NCBI RefSeq assembly: GCF_009914755.1
Contig: NC_060929.1
DNA from: the human T2T-CHM13v2.0 reference genome, Homo sapiens
DNA length: 64,000 nt
Direction: 5' to 3' (one strand)
The notes under the pieces are model-generated. The model was not told the DNA's origin, did no database searches, and saw only the letters and a program-made list of their open reading frames with translations. Numbering within the stretch: the stretch's first letter is position 1; the number at the start of each line of letters is the position of its first letter. Of this stretch, positions 40,671-55,597 are shown piece after piece. A program made the position numbers and the translations under genes.

Positions 40671-41169
40671 CTCAACCTCCTATATTTAAAATTGCCAAAA
40701 TCGCTTTTGACAAATTATGTTCCTTATTGCTTATAGTGAATTAGTGTTCAAATTCAGTCATTTTTTTCCTAATAATAGCAACTTTGGTCCCCTCCTGTAT
40801 CCCATTACTACTAACTTGTGACTCTCTTTACATGGACTTTCTGATTTCTACCTGCCCCACCTACAGTACATTCTTTCTTCAACTTTCATTTTAGGAGCTA
40901 CGTTAAAATATTTCTGTACCTTAGGAAAGGTTAGTTTCCCCTATTAACCTGTCTCTTACATCCTAGTGATTCTTCATTGACTGGTTTGAATGTGATTCTT
41001 CAAAAATAATATACCACAACATATAGTTTTGCAGTTCTTGTAGTCTGTTCTTCTTGTTTTATCTTGAACATAAATGTGTCTAAGCAACTCATAACAATTG
41101 CTAGAGCTCCTCAAGCCTATACTGGGTTTTTCTCATCTTGAAATCCTTAGTGAGACTTACATGAGGTAC

Positions 41170-41410
41170 CACTGAGAGGCTATTAAAGAGGCAGATAAGA
41201 GAGCTTGGGCAAATGCCTAAATTTAAAGGTTAGGTCTTTCATTTGTAGGCTCTCTGAAATTGACTTGTCTGCTTCCTTTGCATTAGTTCACTCAGTTTCA
41301 AAATAGGGCTAATATTGGAGCCTGCTTCATGGACTTGTTATGAAATTCTAGGTACAAACAATTTCATGTATGTAAAGAATTTACAACAGTTTTGCCTCTT
41401 ACTAAGTATT
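41170..41410 (+). mobile_element. MIR, degenerate
   Basis: ctcagtttcaaaataggg...catggacttgttatga...atgtatgtaaag. Confidence 0.5.
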
Positions 41411-41622
41411 AGTATATTTTAACTTTTATTTGATATTGTTTCTTCTAAATACATGGATCAGATTCAACTTTTTCCACAGTTACATCCCCCAAACTAGCAT
41501 AATTTTTATTGTATTATGTTACTGAACAAATAGATTTAATAGTCTAAATGTGTCAAGCACACATAATATGAATAATATATTATTTAAACAATGTATTTTT
41601 ATCGTGTTATGAGTATGCTAAA

Positions 41623-41626
<4 letters not shown>

Positions 41627-41673
<47 letters not shown>

Positions 41674-42130
41674 CTTTAAGTTCTAGGGTACATGTGCACA
41701 ACATGCAGGTTTGTTACATATGTATACATGTACCATATTGGTGTCCTGCACCCATTAATTCATCATTTAACATTAGATATATCTCCTAATGCTATTCCTC
41801 CCCCCTCCCCCTACCCCACAACAGGCCCCGGTGTGTGATGTTCCCTTTCCTGTGTCCAGCTGTTCTCATTGCTCAATTCCCACCTATGAGTGAGAACATG
41901 CGGTGTTTGGTTTTTTGTTCTTGTGGTAGTTTGCTGAGAATGATGGTTTCCAGCTTCATCCATGTCCCTACAAAGGACATGAACTCATCATTTTTTATGG
42001 CTGCATAGTATTCCATGGTGTATATGTGCCACATTTTCTTAATCCAATCTATCATTGATGGACATTTGGGTTGGTTCCAAGTCTTTGCTATTGTGAATAG
42101 TGCCGCAATAAACATACGTGTGCATGTGTC
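41627..42130 (-). mobile_element. 5'-truncated L1PA4/5-type with (TA)n tail
   Basis: ttatactttaagttctagggtacatg; ORF2 C-terminus MFIAALFTIAKTWNQPKC...LIGGN; TSD ctaaaagtt; (TA)n at 41627-41668. Confidence 0.95.
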
Positions 42131-42511
42131 TAAAAGTTAAGTAATTTGATTAGAAAATTAAGCCACCTGTTTCTTTAAAACTTTTATTTTAGTTTCAGGG
42201 GTACATGTACAACTTTGTTATAGGTAAATTGCATGTCCCAGGAGTTTGGTGTACAGATTATTTTGTCACCCAGGTAATAAGCATAGTACCTGATGGGTAA
42301 TTGTTCTAGCTTCACCTTCATTCATGCTTCGACCTCAAATAGGCCCCGAAGTGTACTGTTTTCTACTTTATGTCCACGTGTACTCAATGCTTAGCTCCCA
42401 CTTGTAAGTGAGAAGATGCAGTATTTGATTTTTTATTCCTGTGTTAGTTCACTTAGGATAATGGCCTCCAAGCCTATGAATGTTTCTTCAAAGGGCATAT
42501 TCTAATTATTT

Positions 42512-42707
42512 TTGGATGTTACTGGTGTATAGAAATGTTACTGATGGCTGGGCGCGGTGGCTCACGTCTGTAATCCCAGCACTTTGGGAGGCTGAGGCAG
42601 GCGGATCACGAGGTCAGGAGATAGAGACCATCCTGGCTAACACGATGAAACCCCGTCTCTACTAAAAATACAAAAAAAATTAGCCGGGCGTGATGGCGGG
42701 TGCCTGT
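42512..42707 (+). repeat. Copy of L1 flank plus AluY 5' half from 44095-44303
   Basis: 34 bp of the same L1 flank precede a tail-less, TSD-less Alu half. Confidence 0.9.
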
Positions 42708-44127
42708 TGTATTCCATGGTGTATATATACCACATTTTCTTTATCAAGTCCACTGTCGATGGGTTCACTGTTGATCTAGGGTGATTCCATGTCTTTGTTA
42801 TTGTGAATAGTTCTGTGATGAACACACACATGCACATGTCTTTATGGTAAAACGACTTTTATTCCTTTGGGCATATAACCAATAATGGGATTGCTGGGTC
42901 AAATGATAGTTCTGTTTTCAGTTATTTGAAAAATCACTAAACTGCTTTCCACAATGGCTGAGCAAATTTACATTCCCACCAGCACTGTGCAAGTGTTTTC
43001 TCTATAACCTTGTCAGCATCTGTTATTTTTTTACTTTTAATAGCCATTCCGATTTGCGTGAGATGATATCTCATTGTGGATTTGATGTGCATTTTCTGAA
43101 TGATAGTGGTATCAAGTAATTTTTCATAAGTGTATAGGTTGTGTGTATGTCTTTTAAAAAATTTCTGTTCGTGTCCTTTGTCCACTTTTTAATGGAATTA
43201 TTTTCTGGTTGATTTGGTTAAGTTCCTCATACATTTTAGATATTAGACCTTTGTCAGATACATAGTTTGCAAATATTTTCTTCCATTCTGTTTACTCTGT
43301 TGATAATTTGTTTTGCTGTGCAGAAGCTCTTTAGTTTACTTAGGTCCCATTTGTCAATTTTTGTTTTTGTCACAATTGCTTTTGACATCTTCGTCATGAA
43401 ATCTTTGACAGGGTCTATGTCATGGATGATATTTACTAGGTTACCTTCTAGAGTTTTTATGGTTTTAGATTTTACATGTAAGTCTTTAATCCATCTTGAG
43501 TTGATCTCTGTATAAAGTGAAATAAAGGAGAGCAGTTTCAATTTCTGAATATGGTTAGCCAGTTATTCCAGCACCATTTATTGAATAGGATAGGGAGTAG
43601 TTTCCCAATTGCTTGTTTTTGTCAACTTTGTCAAAGATCATATGATTGTAGGTGTGAAGCTTTATTTATGGCCTCTCTGTTCTGTTTCCTTGGTCTATGT
43701 GTCTGTTTTTGTACCAGTACCTGCTGTTTGGGCCATTGTAGTCTTGTACTGTAGTTTGAAGTTGGTTACTGTGAGCTCTTCAGGCTCTTTTTTGATTCTG
43801 TAGGAATGTTAGTTTTTCTAATAATTTGAAGAATAACATTGGTACTTTGATAGTAATAGCATTGAATCTGTACATTGTTTTGGGAAGTATAGCCATTTTA
43901 ACAATGTTGATTCTTCCAATCCATGAGCATGGGATGTTTTCCCATTTGTTTGTGTCGTCTCTGATTCCTTTCAGCAGAGTTTTGTAATTCTCATCGTAGA
44001 GATCTTTCATCTCCCTGGTTAGCTCTATTCCTTGGTATTTTATTTTATGTTTTGGCTATTGTGAATGGAATTGTGTTTTGATGTGGCTCTCAGCTTGGAT
44101 GTTATTGGTGTATAGAAATGTTACTGA

Positions 44128-44453
<326 letters not shown>

Positions 44454-45324
44454 AGAAATGTTATTGATTTTGATGTTCATCGATTTTGTATACTGAAACT
44501 TTGCTAAAGTTGTTTATCAGATTTGGGAATTTTTGGACAGAGACTGTGGGATATAAAACTATATGGTCTGCAAAGAGAGATAGTTTGACTTCCTCTCTTC
44601 CTACTTAGATACCTTTTATTTAATTCTTTTGCCTGATTGCTCTGGCTTGGACTTCCAGTACTATGTTGAAAAGTAGTAGTGAGGGAGGCCATTCTTATCT
44701 TTTTCTGTGTCTTAAGGGGAATGCTTTCAGCTATTGCCCATTCAGTTATGATGTTGGCTGTCGGATTATCATATATGGCTCTTATTATTTGGAGGTATGC
44801 TCCTTCAATGCCTAGTTTTTTGAGGATTTTTTTAAAATGATGAGATGTTAAATTTTATAGAAAGCCTTTTCTGCATCTATTGACCTGATCATGTGGTTTT
44901 TGTTTTAAGTTCTGTTTTTGTGATGAATCACATTTATTGATTTTTCATATGTTGAACCAACCTTGCATCCCAGGAATAAAACCTACCTGCTCGTGGTAGA
45001 TTACCTTTTTGATGTACTGCTGGATTCATTTTGCTAGTGTTTTGTTTAGAACTTTTGCATCTATGTTCACCAAAGGTTATTGGCCGGAAGTTTTATTTTT
45101 TTGTTCTGACTCTGCCGGGTTTTAGTATTAGAATGATACTGCCCTCAGGGGATGAATTATAAAGTATTCCATCTTCTTCATTTTTTGGAATAGTTTCATT
45201 AGAAATAATATCAGCTCTTCGTTACACATCAGGAATAATTAGACTGTGAATCTACCCAATTATAGCTCTAGAGATTACAAAATTGTCAAGGATGTAAGTG
45301 TTCAATACACTTTTTAAAGGTTTC

Positions 45325-46240
45325 ATTATTTTTAAATGTTTTGATAATCGTACATAGACATGCAGTTGTAATAAGTAATACAGACAGGTCCTATATTCCC
45401 TTCACTCAATTTCCCCCAGTGGTAACATCAAAACTATGATATGAAGCCACATCAGGAAATGGGCCCTGAGACAATCCAGTGATATTATTAAGAGTTCACC
45501 AATGTTATAGACACTCAAGTGTGTATGGTTGTTTCTATGCAATTTTATCACTTGTGGAGATTCATGTGACCACTAAGATAGCTCAGACACAGAACAGCTT
45601 AATCATGAGGATCCATCAGACTTTCATTTTGTAGTCCAGCCACCTTTCCTCTTTCCCCATTCCTTAACCACTGGGGACTACTCAGCTCTTTTTCTATAAT
45701 TTTGATAGTTATAACAGTTATATAAATATATTTAAATAGTATATAAACATTTGAGATTTTCTTTTTTTCTTTTCACTCAGCATAATTCTATTGAGAATTA
45801 TCTAAATAAATGTGTATCCTTAGTCCATTCCTTTTTATTGATGAGTAGTGTTTCATGGTATATATGAATCATAGTTTATTGAACCATCATCTGTTAAAAG
45901 ACATCTGTGATGTTCCCATTTTTAACTCTTAGAAATAAAGATCCTATGAGCACAGATTTTTGTGTGAATACAAATTCTAATTTCTTTGGCATAAATTCTC
46001 AAAAGAGCAATTGTTGAGCCAGATGGTAAGTATATGTTTAGCTTTGTAAGAAACTGCCGAACTTCCTTTCAGAATGACTATATCATGTTTCATCTCCACC
46101 ATCAATGTATGAGTAATTGAGTTTCTCTGCATCTTCACCAGTATATGTTGTTTTTATTATTTTTTATTTTAGCCATTCTAATACGTAGGGATATCTCACT
46201 GTGGTTTTAATTTGCATTTCCCTATGGCTAATGATGTTGC
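45325..46240 (-). mobile_element. L1MC-type 3' end
   Basis: catgcagttgtaa...aatacaga...tttcccccagtggtaacatc; tttgtaagaaactgcc; gttttaatttgcatttccct. Confidence 0.8.
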
Positions 46241-46419
46241 AATAAATACTTTTATTGTTTTATTTTAAACTATTTTTGGTAAAATAGCCATTATTTCATT
46301 AGATATAAATCAGTGTATAACAATTGTGCCAGTACACATATACTGTGTCTATATACCTATTAAATTAGCAGATATTTAATGGTAATCACTGCATGGGAAC
46401 AGTGTTTAAAATAATCAAA

Positions 46420-48240
46420 ACAGTTTTCAAATAATAGAACAAGATTAGAAGATTTTTACTACCTGATTTTACAACTTACTCTTAAGCTATAGTAAACAAG
46501 TTAATGTAGTATTAGCATAAGGGTAGACACAAAGATCTATAGAACAGAATAGAGACTGTATTAGTCTGTTCTCACACTGCTAATAAAGATATACGCAAGA
46601 CTAGATCATTTAAAAAGGAGAAAGATTTAACTGATTTACAGTTCCATATGTCTCAGAAGGCCTCGCAATCATGGCAGAAGGCAAGAAGGAGCAAAGTCAC
46701 ATCTTACATGGTGGCAGGCAAGAGAGAACATGTGCAGGGGAACTCCCATTTATAAAAGCATAAGATCTTGTGAGACTTGCTCACCACTACGTGAACAGTT
46801 TTGGGGAAACTGCTCCCATGATTCAATTATCTCCACTCAGCCCTGCCCTTGACAAGTAAGGATTACTATAATTCAAGGTGAGATTTAGGTAGAGACACAG
46901 CCAAACCATATCAGAGACTATAGAGGTAAACATACACATAGGGTCAATTGATTTTGGAAAAGTGTGCCAAAGTAATTCAATAGGGATCAGATAGACTTCA
47001 ACACTGTTGCTGGAGTAATTGTATACCTTTATGCAAAAAAACAAAACAATACCAGAACCTCATTACCTAGTGAGTACCATACAAAATTAACTTAGAAGGG
47101 ATTATAGAATCAACTGTAAAGGCTGAAACTATAAAATCTTTAGAATAAAACTTTGTGTGTCTTTTCACAAAGGTGAAAAATCTTTGTGACCTTGAGTTGG
47201 TAAATGGTCCTTGGATATAATAATAAATAAAAAAATTAATTGGTTTCATCAAAATAAAAGTATTTTGGCATTCAAAATCTATCATCAGGAAAAAGAAAAG
47301 GCAAGCCTCAGCTAAGGGAACAATAGTTTCTGATGATGTATCTGATAAAGATGTTAAATATAAAATAGTAAAAAAAATCTTAAAAGTCAATAGTAGACAA
47401 ACAGCATAATAAAAATAAAATTATAAAAATATTTTATATTTTATTTTTATATTTTTATATTTCAAATTCAAAATATGAATTTGAATAGATACTTTATTAA
47501 AATGTCAAATAATAAGCAGATCAAAAGATGCTCAACATTATTAGTCCTTAGGGGAATGCAAACAAAACCAATAAACACCCATTACAATGGCTACATTTAA
47601 AAAGACTACAATAATGAGTGTCAATAAAGATACAGGGAAACAGAAATTTTATCACATCACTGGTAAGAATATAAAATGCTCCAACCATATTGCAAAACCC
47701 TTTGACAGTTTCTTAATGAGTTAAACATACATTTACATTAAAACACTGCAATTATGCTCCTTGTTATTCATCCAAAGAAATGAAAACATATGTTCAAAGA
47801 CATACACACCAATATTCGTAGCTACCTTATTAATAATATAAAAAAATTAGAAACAAGCCAAATGTTCATCAGCTGGGTAAGGATATAGGAAATATGCTAT
47901 ATTCATACAATGAAAGTGCACTCAATAGCAGAGAGAATGAACTACTAATACATAGAACAACATGGATGAATCTCAGAAGCATCATGCTAAGTGAGAGAAT
48001 TCAGACACAAAATGATTCCATATATACAGAATATCTTTAAAGAGCAAAACAGTATCTAGAGGAAGCAGATTAGTGACTGTGATCAAGACAGGGAGCAGGG
48101 ATTGACTACAAATGAGCATCAGGAATCCTTTGGGGAATGAAAATCTTCTAGAACTAGACTATGTTGATAGCTGCACAACTGCATAAAACTAATCAATTTC
48201 TACCTTAAATGGATGTCTTGTAAAATGTTTTTAAAAGGCT
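46420..48240 (+). mobile_element. Old L1M (L1MD/ME-like) 3' part, split by THE1C
   Basis: ctacctgatttt...gaacagaatagag; caacatggatgaatctca. Confidence 0.75.
46557..46913 (-). mobile_element. THE1C solo LTR
   Basis: ccctgcccttgaca diagnostic; perfect TSD gagac. Confidence 0.93.
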
Positions 48241-48760
48241 AAAAAACAAAAACAAAATTAAATGTATGATGTGGCAATTACATAACTGTGTAAGAAGAAT
48301 CATGACTAGAACAATGGTTGCAAAGAAAAAAGAAAGATTGGCTAAAGCCAGCCAGAGAAATGTATAAATCTTGGAAGACATGAGAAAAGTATGCTTTGTT
48401 TGCTTATTCTTTGAGGGGATGTGTAGGATAATTATCTTACAGGTAGATAGGTATAGCTCTTTACTGATTTCTAGGAATGCCTCAAAGACTAGTCAATATA
48501 CGGACAAGATGTGCTAGCTAGAGATGTGTAATATGCTGGCTAAAGTTGGAAAATATCTTAGAATAGCTGGCTTATATTGTTTAGTGATTTATGGATTGAT
48601 GCCTTTAAAACCTCTATAACTGATTACACAGCATGCCTTAAGTTATGTGACCAGTGGAGTATATAAGACCCTCCTGGAAACTTTTGCTTCAGTTCCCTGC
48701 ATCTAAGATTTCTCTCTAAGACAATGAGTGTTAAAATTCAGAGACAAAGCACATCCTCTG

Positions 48761-51091
48761 TGTATTCGTCCATTTTCACATTGCTATAAAGAACTACCTG
48801 AGACTGGGTAATTTATAAAGAAAAGACGTTTAATTGACTCACAGTTCCAGGTGGCTGTGGAACTTAAAATCATGGCAGAAGGTGAAGGGGAAGCAAAACA
48901 CGTCTTACTTGGCAGCATGAGAGACAGAGAGAGCGAGGGGCAAAGTACCACACTTTAAAACCATCAGGTTTCATGAGAGCTCACTCACTATCACAAGAAC
49001 AGCAAGGAAAAATCTGCCCCCATGATCCAGTCATCTCCTATTAAGCCACTCCTCTAACACATGGGGATTACAGTTCAAGGTGAGATTTGGGTAGGGACAC
49101 AGAGTCAAACCGTATCATTCGTCTCTTCCCCTCCCAAATTTCATGTCCTTTTCATATTTCAAAACCAATCATGCCTTCTCAACAGTCCCCCAAAGTCTTG
49201 ACTCATTCCAGCATTAACTCAAAAGTCCAAGTCTAAAGACTCATCTGAGAGAAGGCAAGTTCCTTGTGGCTATGAGCCTGTAAAATTAAAAACAAGTTAC
49301 TTACCTCCAAGGTACAATGGGCATAAAGGCATAGGGTAAATGTTTCTATTCCAAATGGGAAAAATTGGTCAAAACAAAGGGGCTACAGGCCCCACGTAAT
49401 TTCGAAAAACAACAGGGCAGTCATTAAATCTTAAAGCTCCAAAATAATCTTTGACTCCTTGTCTCACATCCAGGGCACATTGACAAAAGATGTGGGCACC
49501 CAAAGCCTTGGACAGCTCTTCCTGTGTGGCTCCTCAGGGTATAGTCCCCATGCCTGCTTTCAGAGGCTGGCATTGATTGCCTGTTGCTTTTCCAGGTGTC
49601 GGTGGATCTACCACTCTGGGGTCCGGAGTATGGTGGCCTTCTTTTCAAAAGCTCCACTAAGCAATTCCCCCGTGGGGACTCTATGTGGGGGCTCCAACCC
49701 CGCACTTCCCCTCTGCATTGCCCTTGTAGAGGTTCTCCATGAAGCCTCTGCCACTGCAGCAGACTTCTGCCTGTACATCCAGGCACCTCTATACATCCTC
49801 TGAAATCTAGGTGAAGGCTTACAAAGCTTAACTCTTGTCTTCTGCACCCAAAAGCCCAACACCACTTGAAAGCTGCCAATGCCTGGGGCTTACACCCTCT
49901 GAATCAATAACCTGAGCTGTATGTTGGCTCCTTTTAGCCACAGCTGGAGCTGAAGCAGCTGGGATACAGAGTGTCATGTCTTGAGGCTGCACAGACCAGT
50001 GGGGGCACCAGGCTTGGCCCATGAAACCATTTTTCTCTCCTAGGCCTCTGGGCCTGTGATGGCAGAGGCTGCTGGAAGATTTCTGAAATGCCCTGGAGAC
50101 ATTTTTCATCATTTTTTTGGCTATTAATACTTGGCTTCTCATTAATTGTGGAAATGTTTGCCCCTAGCTTGAATCTCTCTCAAAAAATATGTTTGTTCCT
50201 TTTTTTAATACAGTATGGCCAGGCTGCAAATTTCCAAACTGTTATGTTTTTTCCCTTTTAAACCTAAGTTTCAATTTCGAATCTTCTCTTTGTGAATGCG
50301 TATAACTGTATGCTTTTAGGAAAAGCCAGGTCACATCTTGAATGCTTTGCTGTTTAGGAATTTCTTCTGCCAGATACACTAAACCATCTCTCTCAAGTTC
50401 AAAGCTCCACAGATCTCTAGGGCAGAGAAAATCGCCATTAGTCTCTTTGCTAAAGCATAGCAAGAGTAACCTTTGCTCCAGTTTCTAATAAGTTCCTCAT
50501 CTCCATCTGAGCCCACCTCAGCCTGGTTTTTCATTGTCCATATCACATGAGCATTTTCATCAAAACCTATTAACACGTCTCTAGGAAGTTCCAATCTTTC
50601 TCACATCTTTCTGTCTTCTTCTGAGCCCTCCAAACCGTTTCAAACTCTTTCCATTATCCGGTTCCAAAGTCATTCCCACATTTTCAGGTATCTTTATAGC
50701 AGTGCCTCACTCCCAGTTTCAATTTTCTGTATTAGATAATTTTCAAGCTGCTGTAAAGACCTACCTGAAACTGGGTAATTTATAAAGGAAAAGTTTTAAT
50801 TGACTTACAATTCCTCATAGATGGAGAGGCCTCAGAAAACTTACAATCATGGTGGAAGATGAATGGGAAGAAAGGCATAACCTACATGGCAGCAGAAGAG
50901 AGAAAGAAAGGGAGGGGCAAAGTGTCACACTCTAAAACCATCAGCTCCTGTGAGAGCTCACTGTCAAAAGAACAGCAAGAGAGAAATCTGCCCCCATGAT
51001 CCAATCATGTCCCACCAGGCCTCTCCTCTGACACATGGGAATTGCAACTCAAGGTGAGATTTTGGTGGAGACACAGAGCCAAACCATATCA
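48761..51091 (-). mobile_element. Full-length THE1D-type MaLR provirus (LTR 48761-49117, internal, LTR 50728-51091)
   Basis: Two direct LTRs, ~1.6-kb internal region, perfect TSD ctctg. Confidence 0.95.
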
Positions 51092-51456
51092 CTCTGCAAC
51101 TGAGAAAGAAACCTGAGAACTGCATCTGGAAGACCCTTTGGCCCTGAGGCTTGCCTGTGCCTTCTTTCTTCTACTATACTATACCCTGTATCTGTATTAA
51201 ATCCTTTTGTGAGGAAACCCTGAAATCTTGTGAATTCTTTCAAATATGTGATTATATATGATCAATGCAAAAAAGACATTAAAATTGGAAAAATTTAATG
51301 TTTGTTGTATAAAAATTTGTCATATGTTTTCATTTTTTAATAATAATGCACTTATATACATTCAAAAATAGTTAAATAAATTGAAATTTGAGAGTTTCTT
51401 TTGATTCTCTCCTCCACTGACAAAAGTTGGAAATGTAATATTTGTCTTTCAGTTTA

Positions 51457-51774
<318 letters not shown>

Positions 51775-51784
51775 TTAAAAAAGT

Positions 51785-54700
51785 TTCTGTTCAAAAAAAA
51801 AAAATAGGATACATGTGCAGAATGTGCAGGTTTGTTACATAGGTATACATGTACTGTGGTAGTTTGCTGTGCCCATTGACCTGTCCTTTAAGTTCCCTCC
51901 TCTCACCTCCCACTCACCACCAGTCCCTGGTATGTGTTGTCTCCCCTGTCTGTGTCCATGTGTTCTCATTGTTCAGCTCCCATTTATGAGTGAGAACCTG
52001 TGGTGTTTGGTTTTCTGTTCCAGTGTTAGTTTGCTAAGAATGATGGTTTCCAGCTTCATCCATGTCCCTGCAAAAGACATGATCTCATTCCTTCTTATGG
52101 CAGCATAGTACTCCATGGTGTATATGTACCCCACTTTCTTTATCCAGTCTATCGTTGATGGGCATTTGGGTTGGTTCCACATCTTTGGTATTATAAATAG
52201 TGCTGCAATAAGCATATGTGTGAATGTGTTTTTGTAGTAGAATGATTTACATTCCTTTGGGTATATATCCAGTAATGAGATTGCTGGGTCAAATGGTATT
52301 TCTTGTTCTAGATCCTTAACAAATTGCCATACTGTCTTCTACAATCATTGAACTAATTTACATTTCCAGCAACAGTGTAAAAGCTTTCCTATTTCTCCAC
52401 AGCCTTGCCAGCATGTATTGTTTCCTGACTTTTTAATAATCACCATTCTGAATGGCATGATATGGTATCTCATTGTGGTTTTGATTTGCATTTCTCTGAT
52501 GATCAGTGGTGTTGAGTTTTTTTTCATATGTTTGTTGGCTGCCTAAATGTCTTATTCTGAGGAGTGTCTCTTCATATCCTTTGCCTACTTTTTGATGGAG
52601 TTGTTTGTTTTATTTTTGTAAATTTGTTGAAGTCCTTGGAAATTCTGGATATTAGACCTTTGTCAGATAGGCAGATTGCAAAAATTTTCTCCTACTATGT
52701 AGCTTGCCTATTCGCTCTGATGCTATTTTCTTTTGCTGTGCAGAAGCTCTTTAGTTTAATTAGATCCCATTTGTCAATTTTGGCTTTTGTTGCAATTGCT
52801 TTTGACATTTTTGGCATTAAGTCTTTGCGCATGCCTATGTCCTGAATGGTATTGCCTCGGTTTTCTTCTATGGTTTTTATGGTTTGGGGTTTTACATTTA
52901 AGTCTCGAATCCATCTTGAGTTAATTTTTGCATATGGTCTAAGGAAGAGGTCCAGTTTCAGTTTTCTGCATATGGCTAGCCAGTCTTCCCAGCACCATTT
53001 ATTGAATACAAGATCCTTTCTCCTTTGCTTGTTTTTGTCAGGTTTGTCAAAGATCAGATGGTTGTAGATATGTGGTGTTATTTCTGAGGTCTTTGTTCTT
53101 CTCCATTGTTCTATGGATCTGTTTTGGTACCAGTGCCATTCTGTTTTGGTTACTGTGGCCTTGTAGTATAGTTTGAAGTCAGATAGCATAATGCCTCCAG
53201 CTTTGTTATTTTTGTTTATGATTTTCTTGGCTATATGGGGTCTTCTTTGATGCCACATGAAATTTAAAATAGTTTTTTTCTAATTCTATGAAGAATGTCA
53301 ATGGTAGTTTAATGGGAATAGCATTTAATCTGTAAATTACTTTGGGCAGTATGGCCATTTTCACGATGTTCATTCTTCCTATACATGAGGATGGAATGCT
53401 TTTTCATTTGTTTATGTCCTCTCTTATTTCCTTGAGCGGTGGTTTGTAGTTCTCCTTGAAGAATTCCTTTACATCCCTTGTTTGCTGTATTACTAGGTAT
53501 TTTATTCTCTTTGTAGTGACTATGAATGGGAGTTCATTCATGATTTGTCTCCCTGCTTATCTATCGTTGGTGTAAAGGAATGCTTGTAATTTTTGCACAT
53601 CAATTTCATATCTTGAGACTTTGCTGCAGTTGCTTATCAGCTTAAGGAGTTTTGGGGCTGAGATGATGGGATTTTCTTAATATAAAATTATGTCATCTGC
53701 AAACAGAGACAATTTGACTCCCTCTTTTCCTATTCGAATACCTTTTGTTTCTTTCCCTTGCCTGATTTCCCTGGCCAGAACTTCCATCCTATGTTGACTA
53801 GGAGTGGTGAGAGAGAGCATCCTTGTTTTGTACGGGTTTTCAAAGGGAATTCTTCCAGCTTTTGCCCATTCAATATGATATTGGCTGTGGGTTTGTCATA
53901 AATAACTCAAAATAATAATATTTTGAGATATGTTCCATCAATACCTAGTTTATTGAGAGTTTTTAACATGAGGGGATGTTGAATTTTACCAAAGACCTTT
54001 TCTTCATCTATTGAGATAATCATGTGGTTTTTTGCCTTTGGTTCTGTTTATGTGATGGATTATGTTTATTGATTTGTGTATGTTGAACCAGCCTTGCATC
54101 CCAGACATGAAGCCAACTTGATCATGGTGGATGCTTTTTGATGTGCTGCTGTATTCGGCTTGCCAGTATTTTATTGAGGATTTTTGCATCGATATTCATT
54201 AGGTATATTGGCCTGAAGTTTTCTTTTGTTGTTGTTGTTGTGTCTCTTTCCAGTTTGGGTATCAGGAGGATGGTGGCTTCATAAAATGAGTTAGGGAGGA
54301 GTCCCTCCTTTTCAATTGTTTGGAATTGTTTCAGAAGCAATGGTACCAGCTCCTCTTTGTATTTCTGGTAGAATTCAGATATGAATCTATCTGGTCGTAT
54401 CTGGACTTGCTTTTTTTTTTGTTGTTGGTAGGCAGTAATTACTGCTTCAATTTCAGAACTTGTTATTGGTCTATTCAGGGATTCAAAATCTTACCAGTTT
54501 AGTCTTGGGACAGTGTATTTGTCCAGGAATTTCTCCATTTCTTCTAGATTTTTACAGTTTATTTGCATAGAAGTGTTTGTAGTATTCTCTGATGGTAGTT
54601 TGTATTTCTATGGGGTCAGTGGTGATATCCCCTTTCTCATTTTTTATTGTGTTTATTTGATTATTCCCTCTCTTCTTATTAGTCTAGCTAGCAGTCTCTA

Positions 54701-55348
54701 TTTTGCTAACTTTTTCAAAAAAACACTCGTGGATTTGTTGATTTTCGGAGGGTTTTTCATGTCTCTAACTCCTTCAACTCTTCTCTGATCTTAGTTATTG
54801 TCTTTTCTAGCTTTTGGATTCGTTTGCTCTTGCCTCTCTAGCTCTTTTAATTGTGAATTTAGGGTGTTGATTTGAGATCTTTCTAGCTTTCTGATGTGAC
54901 ATTTAGTGCTATGAATTTCCCTCTTAACACTGTTTTAGCTGTGTCCCAGAGATTCTGGTATGTTATCTTTTCGTTCTCATTGGTTGCAAACAACTTCTTG
55001 ATTTCTGCCTTAATTTCATTATTTACCCAGGAGCTATTCAGAAGCAGGTTGTTCAATTTCTATGTAATTGTGTGGTTTTGAGTGAGTTTCTAAATCCTAA
55101 GTTCTAATTTGATTACACTGTGGTCTGAGAGACTGTTTGGTGTGATTTCAGTTATTTTGCATTTGCTGAGGAGTGTTTTACTTCCAATTATGTGGTCTAT
55201 TTTAGAAATAGTGCCATGTGGCACTGAGAAGAATTTATATTCTGTTGATTTGGGGCAGAGAGTTCTGCAGATGTCTGCTAGGTCCACTTGATCCAGAACT
55301 GAGTTCAAGTCCTGAATATCCTTTTTAATTTTCTGTCTTGTTTATGTG
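51785..55348 (-). mobile_element. L1PA8-type, 5'-truncated in ORF2 endonuclease region
   Basis: 3' UTR cccattgacctgtcctttaagttccctcc; fragmented ORF2 ([28 protein letters not shown]...SDHS). Confidence 0.93.
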
Positions 55349-55385
55349 TAAAAAACCTTATTTATAGATTAAATTGTTTTACATA

Positions 55386-55597
55386 AGTCATTCTCAAATA
55401 TGTGATTCTGCCCTCAGGGGACATTTGGCTATGTCTAGAGACATTTTTTGGTTGTCACAAGTGGGAGTGGGTGCTACTGGCATCTAATGAGAAGAGGCCA
55501 GGGATGCAGTCTAATGTCCTACGTTGCATGAGACAATCTCACACGACAAATAATTATCTGGTCCAAATGTCAATAGTACTGAAGTGGAGAAACTGTG
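55386..55597 (+). mobile_element. MER20 (hAT-Charlie)
   Basis: caggggacatttggctatgtctagagaca...tgctactggcatcta...aaatgtcaatagt. Confidence 0.9.

Noticed and set aside
51785-55348. Active L1 ORF2
   Set aside because: 5'-truncated and fragmented into short ORFs.
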